64,000 nt of DNA from a virus. A model generated the notes under the pieces. The model saw only the letters and a program-made list of their open reading frames with translations. It did not search any database and was not told where the DNA came from. Below, in pieces: positions 27,737 to 39,000 of this stretch. The stretch spans positions 42,616-106,615 of IMG/VR virus record IMGVR_UViG_3300044624_001054. One strand, 5' to 3'. How positions within the stretch are numbered: position 1 is the stretch's first letter; each line of letters starts with the position of its first letter. The position numbers were made by a program, and so were the translations under genes.

Positions 27737-28181
27737 TATTCGCCTTTCGTCGGCATATTCGTGAGCAAAAGTCCCATAAATGTTCTTTAATTACAGGAAC
27801 GGTGTAAATCTTACCACACCAGCCACAGGTCTTGTCAACCTTTATGGCTTTGCAATTCGCCCTACATTTTATTCTGTTCTTCATTAGGGACGGAGATCCA
27901 TAAAATTCTATCCCACAATACTTACATATCTTCTTAGTCCATGACGGATTAAGTTTATACATAGATACAGTTTTCATGCCATGCGCTTTATCATGCTCGC
28001 GGCGGTGGCACACAAAAAGATTTTCTAATCTATTATCTGTTTTTATTTCATTTATATGATGTACTGACTCATAATCTTTTAACTTCCTGCCTAGAAATTT
28101 TTCCATAACGAGAATATGCTCATAGTACAAACCGTTGATAGATTTAGGATGATCGGAAGGTATTAATTTATAGCCAGACAT
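27720..28181 (-). CDS. HNH endonuclease with zinc fingers (possible homing endonuclease)
   Basis: EHILVME..LGR..VHHINEIKTDNRLENL..H, followed by CxxC repeats. Confidence 0.88.
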   Translation of the reverse strand: MSGYKLIPSDHPKSINGLYYEHILVMEKFLGRKLKDYESVHHINEIKTDNRLENLFVCHRREHDKAHGMKTVSMYKLNPSWTKKICKYCGIEFYGSPSLMKNRIKCRANCKAIKVDKTCGWCGKIYTVPVIKEHLWDFCSRICRRKANNDKRS

Positions 28182-28184
28182 TAA

Positions 28185-28622
28185 TTATTTAGATGTATAC
28201 CCAAAAGCAACATAGTTTACTTTTACGTTCGTTGTATTAGTTCTTTTTCTAATTAACTTAACTCTGCAATCAAAGTTGCTGTTGGTGGTCTTTGTTACTA
28301 TAAGGTAACCGATTGGTACGCTCCCACCCGCTTCTGGATCTACTAATGTTGCTAATACTATGGGGTTTTCGTTACTGAAATTAGTATTACCCTGAAAGCC
28401 TATAGTTTCGGTTTTTCCCGTCTGATTTTCAGGAATAGTAATTTCTCGACTCCCAAATATAATCAGAGGTTTATTCTTAGGATTTCCACCTAGGCCAACT
28501 ATTTCAATAATGCTATCGTCGCCCTCTTCAGGGACCTTAATTGAATTTATAGATTCAATTATTTTATTTAAAAGTTCATAGGTAAAGGGCTGCCCATCTG
28601 AAATACTATTAAGACGACTCAT
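28185..28622 (-). CDS. putative tail/virion protein
   Basis: C-terminal F...PIVLAT...VNYVAFG beta module typical of fibre ends. Confidence 0.6.
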   Translation of the reverse strand: MSRLNSISDGQPFTYELLNKIIESINSIKVPEEGDDSIIEIVGLGGNPKNKPLIIFGSREITIPENQTGKTETIGFQGNTNFSNENPIVLATLVDPEAGGSVPIGYLIVTKTTNSNFDCRVKLIRKRTNTTNVKVNYVAFGYTSK

Positions 28623-28779
28623 CTAATTTAGCCTCAAGTTCAATGATCTTCTTGTCGCGTGCCTGAATTTGCTCAGTAGCCTGAGCCTTCATTACTGCTA
28701 GTTTTGTTTCATAGTCGCTAGTCATTTGACCAATGCGCTGTTGTAGTTCCTGGACAATAAGTTCTAGTGTTTGTGACAT
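28609..28779 (-). CDS. small coiled-coil protein
   Basis: Hand-translated MSQTLELIVQELQQRIGQMTSDYETKLAVMKAQATEQ..., 56 aa. Confidence 0.75.
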   Translation of the reverse strand: MSQTLELIVQELQQRIGQMTSDYETKLAVMKAQATEQIQARDKKIIELEAKLDESS

Positions 28780-29004
28780 TTATGCTCCCTCAATAGTGGC
28801 TAGTTCTTCCTCTAAGGCTAAAATCTTTTCATCAGCCTCTTGTAATTGTATTGTAAAAGAATCAATGTTGGCCTGGTTAGGCATAGTAACTGCACTTTCA
28901 GCAATTAAAGATACTTCAACATTGTATCTGCTATATGCCAGATTTTTAATATTCTGACGTAATATGTGAACTTTTTCTTCTATACTTAAAATTTCTTCAT
29001 TCAT
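28780..29004 (-). CDS. small coiled-coil protein (paralog of 29032..29253)
   Basis: LSIEEKVHIL..IKNL..Y..E; GGAGG SD. Confidence 0.75.
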   Translation of the reverse strand: MNEEILSIEEKVHILRQNIKNLAYSRYNVEVSLIAESAVTMPNQANIDSFTIQLQEADEKILALEEELATIEGA

Positions 29005-29031
29005 GGTTCCTCCATTATACTATTTTTTATT

Positions 29032-29253
29032 TTAGAGTCCAGTTAAAACGCTATTAAGGTACTGAATTTTTGAATTAATACTATTAATTTGATTATTAGT
29101 AGATTCTATCCATCCATCGCTTCCTGATCCTACAAAATTTTCTGCTGCTAGTTCTTGTTCTAAGTAATACTTAGTTGACTCTAAATTTTTAATTAAATTA
29201 TTAATTATTTGAGCCTTTTCTTCCTTAGTTAACATGTTTATTCTACCTTTCAT
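29032..29253 (-). CDS. small coiled-coil protein (paralog of 28780..29004)
   Basis: LTKEEKAQII..IKNL..Y..E. Confidence 0.75.
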   Translation of the reverse strand: MKGRINMLTKEEKAQIINNLIKNLESTKYYLEQELAAENFVGSGSDGWIESTNNQINSINSKIQYLNSVLTGL

Positions 29254-29259
29254 TATTTA

Positions 29260-31437
29260 TTATGCTGGGATTGCTATAGTATTAGACTGAGCCTGGAAGC
29301 CCTGGATTCCACCAGTCCTTGTCGCTATAACAATACAATACATGTTTCTTCCCCTCATTGCAGACGTAATGGAAAGGGTCTGACCACTTCCCGCAACAGC
29401 GCCGTTGCCAAAGTACCAAGTATATGAAAAAGATAAGGTTCCTGTTGGAGAATTAGTTACCTCTCCAATTCCTGCAAAATAACCTTGCCTTGTACTGGTA
29501 ACTCGCGTAGTTGCTGATGGCTGTGCAGTCCATGTTCCTGAAGTACATGTAACGCTTACGAGTGCATTTCTTGATGCTACTGGCGCTGCTGTATTAAGTG
29601 GTGGGATAACAATTGTATAAAATCCATCGCCCCATACACCGTCAAAATTAAACCCTCCATTAGTTACAATTCCGGTGTACCCCCATGAAGAATTATAATT
29701 AGAATGTGTAACATCATAGCCAAAGTTGGTTCTTGTTGATGATAGTGATGGGTCAAGCGCGGGGGATAAACCAACTGTAACACTACTTTGAGCAGAAGGA
29801 TTTCCAGTTACTGCTGCCTGAGCCGTTATAGTTACAGATCCATTAAATGCTCCAGTATTTAATGTGTTAGTAGCCTCCCCAGATGAATTTGTGGTGGTCG
29901 ATGATTGAGCAAGACTAGTTCCCGTCAATGCTGTTAATGACCAATTAACAGTAACTCCCGATTGAGAAACGTTATTTCCTGATATGTTTTTTAATTGCGC
30001 TGATACTCCCAATGAACTGAATGTAGTAATTGTAGCGGTTGCAGGAGTTAGGGTTATGCTAAATACAGTATTATTAGTAGTTAAATTAGCATAGGTATAG
30101 TCTGGACTATTGCCAGCATCACTTCTAGCAAATATTCTAAAGTTATAGGCGGTATTTGCAGTTAGCACTATTCCCTGCGAGGATATATTAAGTGATGTAG
30201 CATTTGCCACTATTTCATTACTTATTAATGACCATGTTGAAGAACTTGCTAATTTATACTGTATAGTATATCCAGTTCTTGTTGTACAGTTTGCAGTAGC
30301 ATGGGTCCAGTTAAGTGTAGCACTCTCTCCGTAAGTTGATGATGTTGCACTAAAACTTGGAACATTGCTAATAGATGCCGGAAGAGTATTTATGTCGATA
30401 GTTTGAACTGGAGTTTCAGTATTATCTAGGCTTCTTCCAAATATTTCTATCCTATAAATACCAGCAGTTGGACTATTTAAATACCCATAAGGAGTAAGAC
30501 TTATAAATGATTTAGAGTTTTGAGGAGATACAAAATTAAAGTTTTGTGTGTTCCCAAAAATAGGCATCCCTTGTTGAAACTGTATTGCCTCTGAAATACT
30601 TATAACTCCATTATCAATATCAGCATTATTTGTCCATGTTGCTGTAATTGAATTACAAGTAGATGTTGCAGAAAAGTTTGTAATTTGTGGATTATATCCT
30701 GCAGGAGTAGTTCTTATAACTTCTGACGTAGTGTATAAGAATTGTCCCGATCTTCGAATTCCAACAGTTACTCTATACTGGGTAGATCCTGCTAATGGTG
30801 GGGAAATACCTCCGCTTGCTGACCTTTTTGTTGAAGAAACTCCTTGCTCAAAGGTGCTACCTGACGGACCTGGGTTAACAGGGTTGGCATATATTGTATA
30901 CTCTTCCTGGCCTACAGCATCCCATGTTACTGAATATGATGTTGTCGTAATGGTTGCAGAAGTAATATTAACCGATAAAGCAATTGGGCTAATTGGATTG
31001 CTTACTACTGAAACAGAATTTTGAGTAATAGATGTTGCAGTAGCCTTTATTGTGTATGTTCCTGGAGATGGAACATAAAATCTAATATAATACTCATACC
31101 CCTCTAATATAAATGAATAATCAAAGTTTTGAGTTTGGATAGGAGTTCCGGTAGCAGTACTTCCAGAATATAATTCACCAACCATGCTTTCTAGTTCTGA
31201 AGTATTTAGAATCATCTGAACATAAAATCTATCTACAGTATTTACTTCCTCCCAACTTCCATTATCTATAACATTTACTAATGGAATAATTGGATCTGGA
31301 AATACTACCTTCCACCCCATATCATATACATAGCCAACCTTAGTAGTTTTCCAACCATTGTCGTATATTGATATTGCCGCTGGATTCTTCCAGTTTGGAT
31401 TATTTGGGTCTGATGATGTTTGTAATCTAAATGGCAT
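29260..31437 (-). CDS. FN3/Ig-like domain tail fibre or receptor-binding protein
   Basis: Repeated W..Y.I..L..T.Y.. FN3 patterns, a Big-like segment, S/T rich. Confidence 0.75.
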   Translation of the reverse strand: MPFRLQTSSDPNNPNWKNPAAISIYDNGWKTTKVGYVYDMGWKVVFPDPIIPLVNVIDNGSWEEVNTVDRFYVQMILNTSELESMVGELYSGSTATGTPIQTQNFDYSFILEGYEYYIRFYVPSPGTYTIKATATSITQNSVSVVSNPISPIALSVNITSATITTTSYSVTWDAVGQEEYTIYANPVNPGPSGSTFEQGVSSTKRSASGGISPPLAGSTQYRVTVGIRRSGQFLYTTSEVIRTTPAGYNPQITNFSATSTCNSITATWTNNADIDNGVISISEAIQFQQGMPIFGNTQNFNFVSPQNSKSFISLTPYGYLNSPTAGIYRIEIFGRSLDNTETPVQTIDINTLPASISNVPSFSATSSTYGESATLNWTHATANCTTRTGYTIQYKLASSSTWSLISNEIVANATSLNISSQGIVLTANTAYNFRIFARSDAGNSPDYTYANLTTNNTVFSITLTPATATITTFSSLGVSAQLKNISGNNVSQSGVTVNWSLTALTGTSLAQSSTTTNSSGEATNTLNTGAFNGSVTITAQAAVTGNPSAQSSVTVGLSPALDPSLSSTRTNFGYDVTHSNYNSSWGYTGIVTNGGFNFDGVWGDGFYTIVIPPLNTAAPVASRNALVSVTCTSGTWTAQPSATTRVTSTRQGYFAGIGEVTNSPTGTLSFSYTWYFGNGAVAGSGQTLSITSAMRGRNMYCIVIATRTGGIQGFQAQSNTIAIPA

Positions 31438-31476
31438 ATTATTATCCTATCAAATTATTTCGAAAATATCAATATA

Positions 31477-32880
31477 TTATACATACCTTAAGTATATATC
31501 TCCTTGGGCTGCGCCCGTAGGGAGAGTAGTGCTAGTTCCATATTTAATAGTATTGCCATTATTTGGGGTATCCGTTCCATTTTTATATCTATTGGCTATA
31601 GTTCCTGGTGTTTCAATCGGCTCACCATTAATTGTAACCGCTCCGTTAGTTCCAGTTTTTAAATTAATATTACTTCCCGCCCCTTGAGCATGTATTAATA
31701 TTTGACCTGGAGTATCGGTAGGGCTAGCATCTACTGCATTTGCCCTAATAACTAAAGTATTTGGGTAGGCTGTTCCTTCTCCACCCTCATCGTCAGAAAC
31801 TTCCCACCCAAGGTTAGCCCTTTGTCTAGAAGATGAATCTAGCCATCTTATTTTAGCAGGGTCTCCAGCAGCAGCCTTTAAAAATATATCCTTTCCATCT
31901 GATGATAAAATAGAATAAGTATCAGTCACGCTTGCCTGCGTCCCTGATGAATATCTTGTGTACCCAATAGATGCAGAAACACCCTCAATTATCAAGCCCG
32001 TACTTGTTACTTGTCCTTTAAAAAATGCAAAACCATCTCTATCTATTCTAAAGTTTGGAGCGGCTAAAGATCCATGGTCTAAATTAATTAACATTCCAGC
32101 AGAAGAAAATGCACTACCTGTTCCTGGGCCAGAATAACCTCCTGATTTAATATTTCCTGTTGAAATATTTCCACCAGTAATTGTAGTATTATTGGTAACT
32201 ATATCTCCAGCCGCCCCGCCATCATCAATTTTTCCATTTAACTCTGATTGCGTGGCATATCCACCTATCGTTACCGTTCCAGTATCTGCATCTATATTAA
32301 AGGTTTGCACCCCAGAAGTATTATATGAAGTAAATCCAGAATTATTTAAAACTATTCCGCCTGTTGTGGCAGCAGTTTCAGAAGTAAGAAGCCCACCATT
32401 TACTATGAGATTTCCAGATATTTCACCCTCTGTTGCCTCAATCCTACCTCTAACCGCCACGTTTGTAAAAATGGCATTTCCTTCAGCCGTGATCCCCCAC
32501 CCTTGGGAACCAAGAATTTTTTCCGACCAGTCTTCATAAACTACAGCAACCTGATCTGTTTCGCTATACTCTTCAGAAACAGTATTACCTGATTCATCAA
32601 TGTAATTAATTGTTACTAGGTCAGTATTCTCAATAGCAGGATCATCAAACTCTACTGAAACTACTGGATAGTACTGACCGCCTGCTTCTATTTGTATGAG
32701 ATACCCAGGCTTAATATCAATTGCATCTATGTTTCCGTCAAACTTTGGAATAGAGCCATCAAAATTAAATGAGGATAGCATTGGAGTGTTAAGTTTAAAA
32801 GTTCCATCTGGATCTATAAATGCTGGTAGTGGCTGGAACTGAAGGTTAATTTCCTGAGGATCAAAGGTGTTCTCAGACAT
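31477..32880 (-). CDS. minor tail protein
   Basis: GWGITAEGNAIFTNVAVRGRI beta-helix-like motif; C-terminal PTGAAQGDIYLRY. Confidence 0.75.
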   Translation of the reverse strand: MSENTFDPQEINLQFQPLPAFIDPDGTFKLNTPMLSSFNFDGSIPKFDGNIDAIDIKPGYLIQIEAGGQYYPVVSVEFDDPAIENTDLVTINYIDESGNTVSEEYSETDQVAVVYEDWSEKILGSQGWGITAEGNAIFTNVAVRGRIEATEGEISGNLIVNGGLLTSETAATTGGIVLNNSGFTSYNTSGVQTFNIDADTGTVTIGGYATQSELNGKIDDGGAAGDIVTNNTTITGGNISTGNIKSGGYSGPGTGSAFSSAGMLINLDHGSLAAPNFRIDRDGFAFFKGQVTSTGLIIEGVSASIGYTRYSSGTQASVTDTYSILSSDGKDIFLKAAAGDPAKIRWLDSSSRQRANLGWEVSDDEGGEGTAYPNTLVIRANAVDASPTDTPGQILIHAQGAGSNINLKTGTNGAVTINGEPIETPGTIANRYKNGTDTPNNGNTIKYGTSTTLPTGAAQGDIYLRYV

Positions 32881-33779
32881 TACTCTGCCTTCCCAAATAT
32901 AGCGTCACCTGAGTCATTTGTTTGCAGCCAATCGCCCTTCCAATTACTACCGTCGTAGGTATATCTAGCGATAGCAATATAGCATAGAATTTTTTCTCCC
33001 TTTTCATCATTAAGTGTAAATGATTTAGTGTGAGAAGCCTTTCCTCTAAATTTTGCAACGTCTGATCTAGACGGTGGATTCTTCAAATTAATCTCTGCTT
33101 CACTATCATCCATTAACTTATATTTAATTGATGCTTTATTAGGTCCATTAAACTGTTTGTATGCAAATACAACAATGTCCTCTACGTTACCTTTTTTAGG
33201 TGGCGTGCTAACTTCTGATATTAGTGAAGGAACTTTTCCTTCCTTACTATCTCCTATGATTGCTTCAGGAAGTTTTACTGTAATATTTCTGACCTTTATC
33301 TTTTTCTTATACTCTTGGATAGTTCCAGAGGTAGTCAAGTCTGTGGTTGGGGAAGGTTGGGTAGTTTTATTTATACTTACATAGACATAATTTTTTTTCT
33401 TACTGTCTCCTGGCATCACCACCGCCTGAACATTAGTAAACCCAGCATCTGAACAATTAATAATAACATCGTCATCTGGGGCCAGATCTCCTACCCCCTT
33501 GGAGTTTGTTAATATCATAAGAAACTTATATCTTCCGTCAGAGACATTTTCTTTCTTTGTATATTTATTAAAGTTAAAAGTTTTGTTATTGCCAACTTTG
33601 TATTGATCTTTATTCTCCACCACCAACTTTATTCCCTTTAATTTACTTACTAAAGGAGGCGCTTGAGGAACTGTAAAGTTTAATACATCATCTACTTCCT
33701 CGCCAAAAATATTCATCTCTATCATAAACTCTATATAATCCCCAGGGTTTAGATTCGAATCTAGACTAATATTAGACAT
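32880..33779 (-). CDS. putative minor tail/virion protein
   Basis: Position within the tail operon; coupled start/stop. Confidence 0.55.
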   Translation of the reverse strand: MSNISLDSNLNPGDYIEFMIEMNIFGEEVDDVLNFTVPQAPPLVSKLKGIKLVVENKDQYKVGNNKTFNFNKYTKKENVSDGRYKFLMILTNSKGVGDLAPDDDVIINCSDAGFTNVQAVVMPGDSKKKNYVYVSINKTTQPSPTTDLTTSGTIQEYKKKIKVRNITVKLPEAIIGDSKEGKVPSLISEVSTPPKKGNVEDIVVFAYKQFNGPNKASIKYKLMDDSEAEINLKNPPSRSDVAKFRGKASHTKSFTLNDEKGEKILCYIAIARYTYDGSNWKGDWLQTNDSGDAIFGKAE

Positions 33780-33781
33780 AT

Positions 33782-34735
33782 TTAACCAATCTGATTAAAC
33801 CCAAGAGATAAAGAATATTCTATTGTAAGAGGAATTCCTGGGGGCTTTCTAACTGGAGTTGTTAGCACAGCCCTGGAAATCATTCCAGTAATAGTGTCTT
33901 GAAGGTAGGAGCCAAAGTCTATTTTTAATCCATCTAAATATAATGCAGAGCCACTAGTTTGCCAAATTCTTGCTGAAGTAATATCCGTCCATCTTGGAGA
34001 TCCAGTAATTACTGCCGCCCCCTTTTCTGCTGACACAATAAAGTATCCAGATGAGGTTGGGGTAGTGAATGTATAGTCAAAGTAGTTGGTGTCATCTGTA
34101 TAGAATCTAAAGTACACGCTTGAAGAATAACTATTGAGGTCAAATCCCGCTAACCTAAAGGTATCAAATGCCGTATATCGATCTATAGATTCTAGAACAT
34201 TATTACTTGTTTGGTAACTTATGTATGAATTTGTTCCATCAGTTGTCGGGAGGGAAAACAACTGGGTTCCAATTCTTGCTTCTACCGCCTCAACTAGTGC
34301 CCCCGCACTAGCCGTTCCAACCTTAGTGAATAAGTCAACCCTATCAAAATCGAATATGGTAGATCCTGTAACGTCTGCATTAGTGTCTGAGATTCCGCCA
34401 GGGAATAGCCCCACTTCATGAATTAAATATTGAGCGGTGGAGTCGATCACTCCTCTGTATACTAGAACATCTGTGCTTGAAGATATGTCTAGTGAAGAGC
34501 CTATGACAGGAGTTCGTCCTATCTCAAACTGCAGGCCATTATTTGTAATTAAGTTAGTAGATGCGCTTATGATATTAGCCTGATTGCCAATACCATAGGA
34601 TATTACACCAGCAAAATTAGGTACAATCCCAAGAAGAGATTTTATTGCAATGGCACGACCCATTGAAGTAAGAGCATTCTTTTGCTCTGCAACAACTTCC
34701 CCATCTATTATAAATTTATATATGCCTTCTATCAT
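33782..34735 (-). CDS. putative baseplate/minor tail protein
   Basis: N.LT..GR..GIG..L.FEI.R..I.EVGLF pattern of phage tail-collar/baseplate proteins. Confidence 0.65.
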   Translation of the reverse strand: MIEGIYKFIIDGEVVAEQKNALTSMGRAIAIKSLLGIVPNFAGVISYGIGNQANIISASTNLITNNGLQFEIGRTPVIGSSLDISSSTDVLVYRGVIDSTAQYLIHEVGLFPGGISDTNADVTGSTIFDFDRVDLFTKVGTASAGALVEAVEARIGTQLFSLPTTDGTNSYISYQTSNNVLESIDRYTAFDTFRLAGFDLNSYSSSVYFRFYTDDTNYFDYTFTTPTSSGYFIVSAEKGAAVITGSPRWTDITSARIWQTSGSALYLDGLKIDFGSYLQDTITGMISRAVLTTPVRKPPGIPLTIEYSLSLGFNQIG

Positions 34736-36018
34736 GGATTTTCTAGTTCTCCTCCTGGCGTAGCGTTTTCCACTAGACTAATCTTAAAGTCATCAACGTT
34801 CTCTCCTACCAATTCGACATTAAATCTATAGTAAGCCTCTCCAGAATTATTATACCGTAGTTCAAATAAATCTATAAATTCTGCATAGTTGTATTTGCTA
34901 ACTCTGTCCCTATTTCCTTTATCTAAAATATCCTGTATTGCCCCCGATATTTCAGACATTCTTTCGTCTGCCATTCCAGAATTTACAGTTCCAGGAGCGT
35001 TATAATCTATTATCTCAAAAAAAGACTGACCATCTTCTGTTAGAATTTCGTCATCTGGAATTGAATCAATACCGTCATAATTTATTCCGCCTTCAATAAA
35101 TTCTTTTGTAGAATTAATTAACTGTTTTGTTATTCTCTGGATCTCTTTGGTGATTTTTTTATCCAGATTAGGCATATAAATTCGTTCATCAGAACCTTTT
35201 GGAAGAGTGTAATCTGCTTTATTAAAGGCTGACTTTGGAACGTCTATTTTTTTTCCGCCGCCCTTTACTGTTGGATTTGGGCCTCCATGAGCAGGCTCGT
35301 CCACATCCGGCAGGCCGTCACCATCATCGTCCGTATCGTCTTCATTTAAAATTCCATCTCCGTCGATATCTGGATCTACATTGTCTGGTATTCCATCACC
35401 GTCAGAGTCTACTACAGGAGTCTGATGGCCACCTCCACTCCCCTCACCGCCGCCTGTACCACTACCGCCGCCACCACCTGGGCCTTTTACTCCTTTGAAT
35501 AACTGCTTTAAATTCTTTTTTTCTGCATCATTTATTTTTCCATCTTTTACTGCATTAATTAACGCATCTTTTCTTTTATCACTAAGAGTTTGAAAGAATG
35601 CTAATTTTGAATCATCGGGTGGCCCGTTAAAAATATCTTTGACAACATCCCTGTCTTGTTTATTAGATAATTTTTCATATCCTGCTTGGAATGTTTCCCA
35701 TTTAGTTTTTGGCTTGTTTCCTCCGCCACCTGGCTTTTGACCAGATCCTGGTTTTTGCCCAGAGCCTTGCTTTGTGCCGTCTGTCTTACCACCAGTCGGT
35801 GGCTTAAGCCCAGTTTCTTTTTTAACCTCTTGTCCTTTTTTATTCAAGGCGCTGTTAAGGATGGCATTAATTTTAGTTCTTTCATCTTCTTTAAGATTGC
35901 CTTTATTATCTGCCATTTTTTTAGCACGGGAGCGTAAGTTTTCAGCCTCTTCTTGAGAAATAAACTTTTGACTTCTAGCATAATTAACTTTATCTAATAT
36001 TTTTTGCAAGTCAGTCAT
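34732..36018 (-). CDS. putative tail protein with Gly-rich linkers and DxDxDG repeats
   Basis: DSDGDGIPDNVDPDIDGDGILNEDDTDDDGDGLPD (TSP3-like). Confidence 0.65.
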   Translation of the reverse strand: MTDLQKILDKVNYARSQKFISQEEAENLRSRAKKMADNKGNLKEDERTKINAILNSALNKKGQEVKKETGLKPPTGGKTDGTKQGSGQKPGSGQKPGGGGNKPKTKWETFQAGYEKLSNKQDRDVVKDIFNGPPDDSKLAFFQTLSDKRKDALINAVKDGKINDAEKKNLKQLFKGVKGPGGGGGSGTGGGEGSGGGHQTPVVDSDGDGIPDNVDPDIDGDGILNEDDTDDDGDGLPDVDEPAHGGPNPTVKGGGKKIDVPKSAFNKADYTLPKGSDERIYMPNLDKKITKEIQRITKQLINSTKEFIEGGINYDGIDSIPDDEILTEDGQSFFEIIDYNAPGTVNSGMADERMSEISGAIQDILDKGNRDRVSKYNYAEFIDLFELRYNNSGEAYYRFNVELVGENVDDFKISLVENATPGGELENP

Positions 36019-39000
36019 TATGCTTCACCAACCTCTACTATTGATACAGTCATCGATGGACCGCTTGGGCTTACTGAATGAGCGATAGAAGATACAACAA
36101 ATGTTTTATCGCCAAAGTTACTATTGCCCTCATAATACCCACGGGATTTATCGTATATCTTTACTTTATCTCCAAGTTCTATTAAGGGATTCTCAAAAAT
36201 CTCCATAGTTAGTTTTATTCTTTGTCTACTGCAATACTTCAAGACCCATTGCATCATAGATCGGGCCTGAGATAATGATTGGATGTATTGGCTGTCCAGA
36301 GAAAATGTTTGATCTCCATAGATAGAAATATTTTTCTCTCTTTCCGTCTGCTTTAATTTATCCTCTTCACTACTTTCATATAAATCTTTTGCTGTAACAG
36401 TCCCAGAACTTAATTCCTCTAAAGCAATTCCAACAATATATAGGGGAAGCGTCGCGTCAGCGCCTAGCCTCATGGCTCCGCCAGAAATATTGGCTACAAC
36501 CAATTTAGCGCCGAAGGCATTAGGCTCATATTTTTTAATTAGATACTTAGGATTAATTTCTGAAATATCTAGAAGAGATGTTGTTAAAGCAGGGCCAGCA
36601 AATCTAATCTCATATTCTCTTACTTGTCTCGCAAGTCTAGCAAAATCATTGTAATAAAAGAGTGCTTCATTCCTGTTATCTTTAAACAAGAAAGATTTAT
36701 TTACAGAAATAGCCCCTTGATTTAACACTTTTTCAAATTGCTTCTTACCCTTAAAGTATGATCCTGGATCATCTTCAAATGGTTTTGCCGCAGCAGCAAT
36801 GTATTCATATATGGCCTGAGAATCATTTCTTACAAACATACAAATATTTTTTGAATTAATACCTACTGACTCACCAATTTTTTCTACATAACTACCGATC
36901 TTATTGTCTCCGTAGTAAATTGTATACTTCATAGCGTCTTTAAACTGTTCGATTTCAATGTCAAGTTCGAATACAGGGTCTAATGATTGATTATCAGATT
37001 TTATAACTTGAACCGCAGTATCAGATACAGTTACCCCGCCAACGCTTGCTTTCATTAGAAGAGTCGGAGTGTATACAACACTATCCTTTTGTTTTTCTAA
37101 TTTAATTCTATAGAATCTAAGGTTCTTAGTAACATCATCTTCTTTATAAAAACCCTTCCCCGCCGCCGCGTTTTCCACCTCTAGATAGTATCCTTCACCT
37201 AGACTGTTTATGCCAAAACCTATGCCAGCAATTGAAGAGTTAGTGGATGATACTGTATAATTTTTATCTACTATCTTTCTAGGAGAGTACAGCCTCATTC
37301 TTGTAGATATAAAGTTTGGAGCAAATGGCAGAGTAATCTTCTGACCATATAATGCTTTTTCTCCCATAAGAGATACAAATGGGTCAAAGTCTTTTCCAGG
37401 AACATCATCGTTTACCTGATCATTTATTTTATTTAATTCTTTTACTACAGAATTAGATGGCGAGGCGCTTGTGACAGACTCAAGAACATCTCTATCCGAC
37501 TTGGGAGCAGTAGGCCCAGATATTTTAAGAAATCCAAGATAGGTATCTAGCGTATCGCTTGGAATAGTCCCCAAGAATTTTTTAGCAGACTTGTATTTAA
37601 CCTTATCTGCAAAATTAAATTTCGTTGTAGCGTCTAGTTGACCTGGAACATTATAGTTTGCTTTTTCCCCAAGAACTAGTTTAAATCTATTTGAAGGTTC
37701 TATTCCATCAGATTCTTCTACTACTGCATAATGTCTTGACACATCACTATTGAATTTACCTCTACCGTCGCCTATCACTTGATACTCATATTTATCATTA
37801 ACCTTGTTAATATTCTTAAATTTAACGTCTACTATTAAACCTCTAAATGATATTGAGTCACCTTTCCCTAAAGAAGACTTTAACTCAAAAAACTCTTCCT
37901 CAGTAAAAATTATCCTACTGCCATAAACTCCATTGGTGCCAGCGACATAAAATAATTTTCCACGATACTTGATATATTCATTATCTATAAGAACATATCC
38001 TTCATAATCTGGTATCGTAAAACCCTCATTTGTATCTAAATAAATTACTAAAGATCTTCTGTAGTTATCAGCAGTTTCGGTAGTAAACATTGCTCTAATT
38101 GCGTCTTCTTCATTAAATTTTGTATAAGTTTTTTCATCATACAAATCTTTTAACCTATATTCATATAGATCTTTAATGACATTAGCCGCCCCTAGAACAG
38201 ATGAGTTATCGTCTGATGGTTGCCACATTATGGTTGTTCCATATTCAAAGTTAGAGAAGGCCAGGGAGTTCATAGGGAATTGATCTAACAATAACTGCTG
38301 ATAAAGTTTTTTCTGCGTATCCTCAATGATATTAGACATTGGGGCTCTTTTAGGACCATAAAAATGATATGCAATATCTCCATCTGTTATGGGGTTAATT
38401 TTTTCTTCCGCTAAAGATACAACATTAGAAGTATAACTTGCAGTATATGGATATTCAGTCGCTGACGCAGAAACATTTTCATCCATAATAAACCAGAAGT
38501 CTGTCCCAGGAGACTGTGCTGGAACTGGATGATCCTCAGAAACCCAGAACCCATAGTAATCACTATAGGTCCATTCTGTCTCTGCTGGAAGAGCGTCAGT
38601 ATTACTACCGTAAAAGAACCAATTGTTGTTGTACCAGACATATTTATATGGATCTGGGTTTAAATTATTAATTTCTTGAACAGAGTCTTCTATTGCAGCA
38701 TTCTCTGTTAATCTTTCTTTTGTGAGTACGTTTAATTTACCTGTAGCATCATAGTACATAGAACATTGTGTTGCCACCGATATCTGTTCAAATACTTCTG
38801 CCACCGTTTGCTCTCTTTTACAAAAGAAATTCTTAATTAAGGTATCTTCTTTATCGTTTTTACTGTAATCGGAGGACTTCCTAAAGTCTAGGCCAGTCAC
38901 TCCAACATTATCTAATATCATTAAAATAATGGCTGATGTAGCAGCAAATGAAGATATCATAAAATCAGGGGCGGACAGTTGCCTGAGGTACTTCATACCA

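Noticed and set aside
29260-32880. Diversity-generating retroelement acting on fibre genes
   Set aside because: No reverse transcriptase and no template/variable repeat pair seen in the window.
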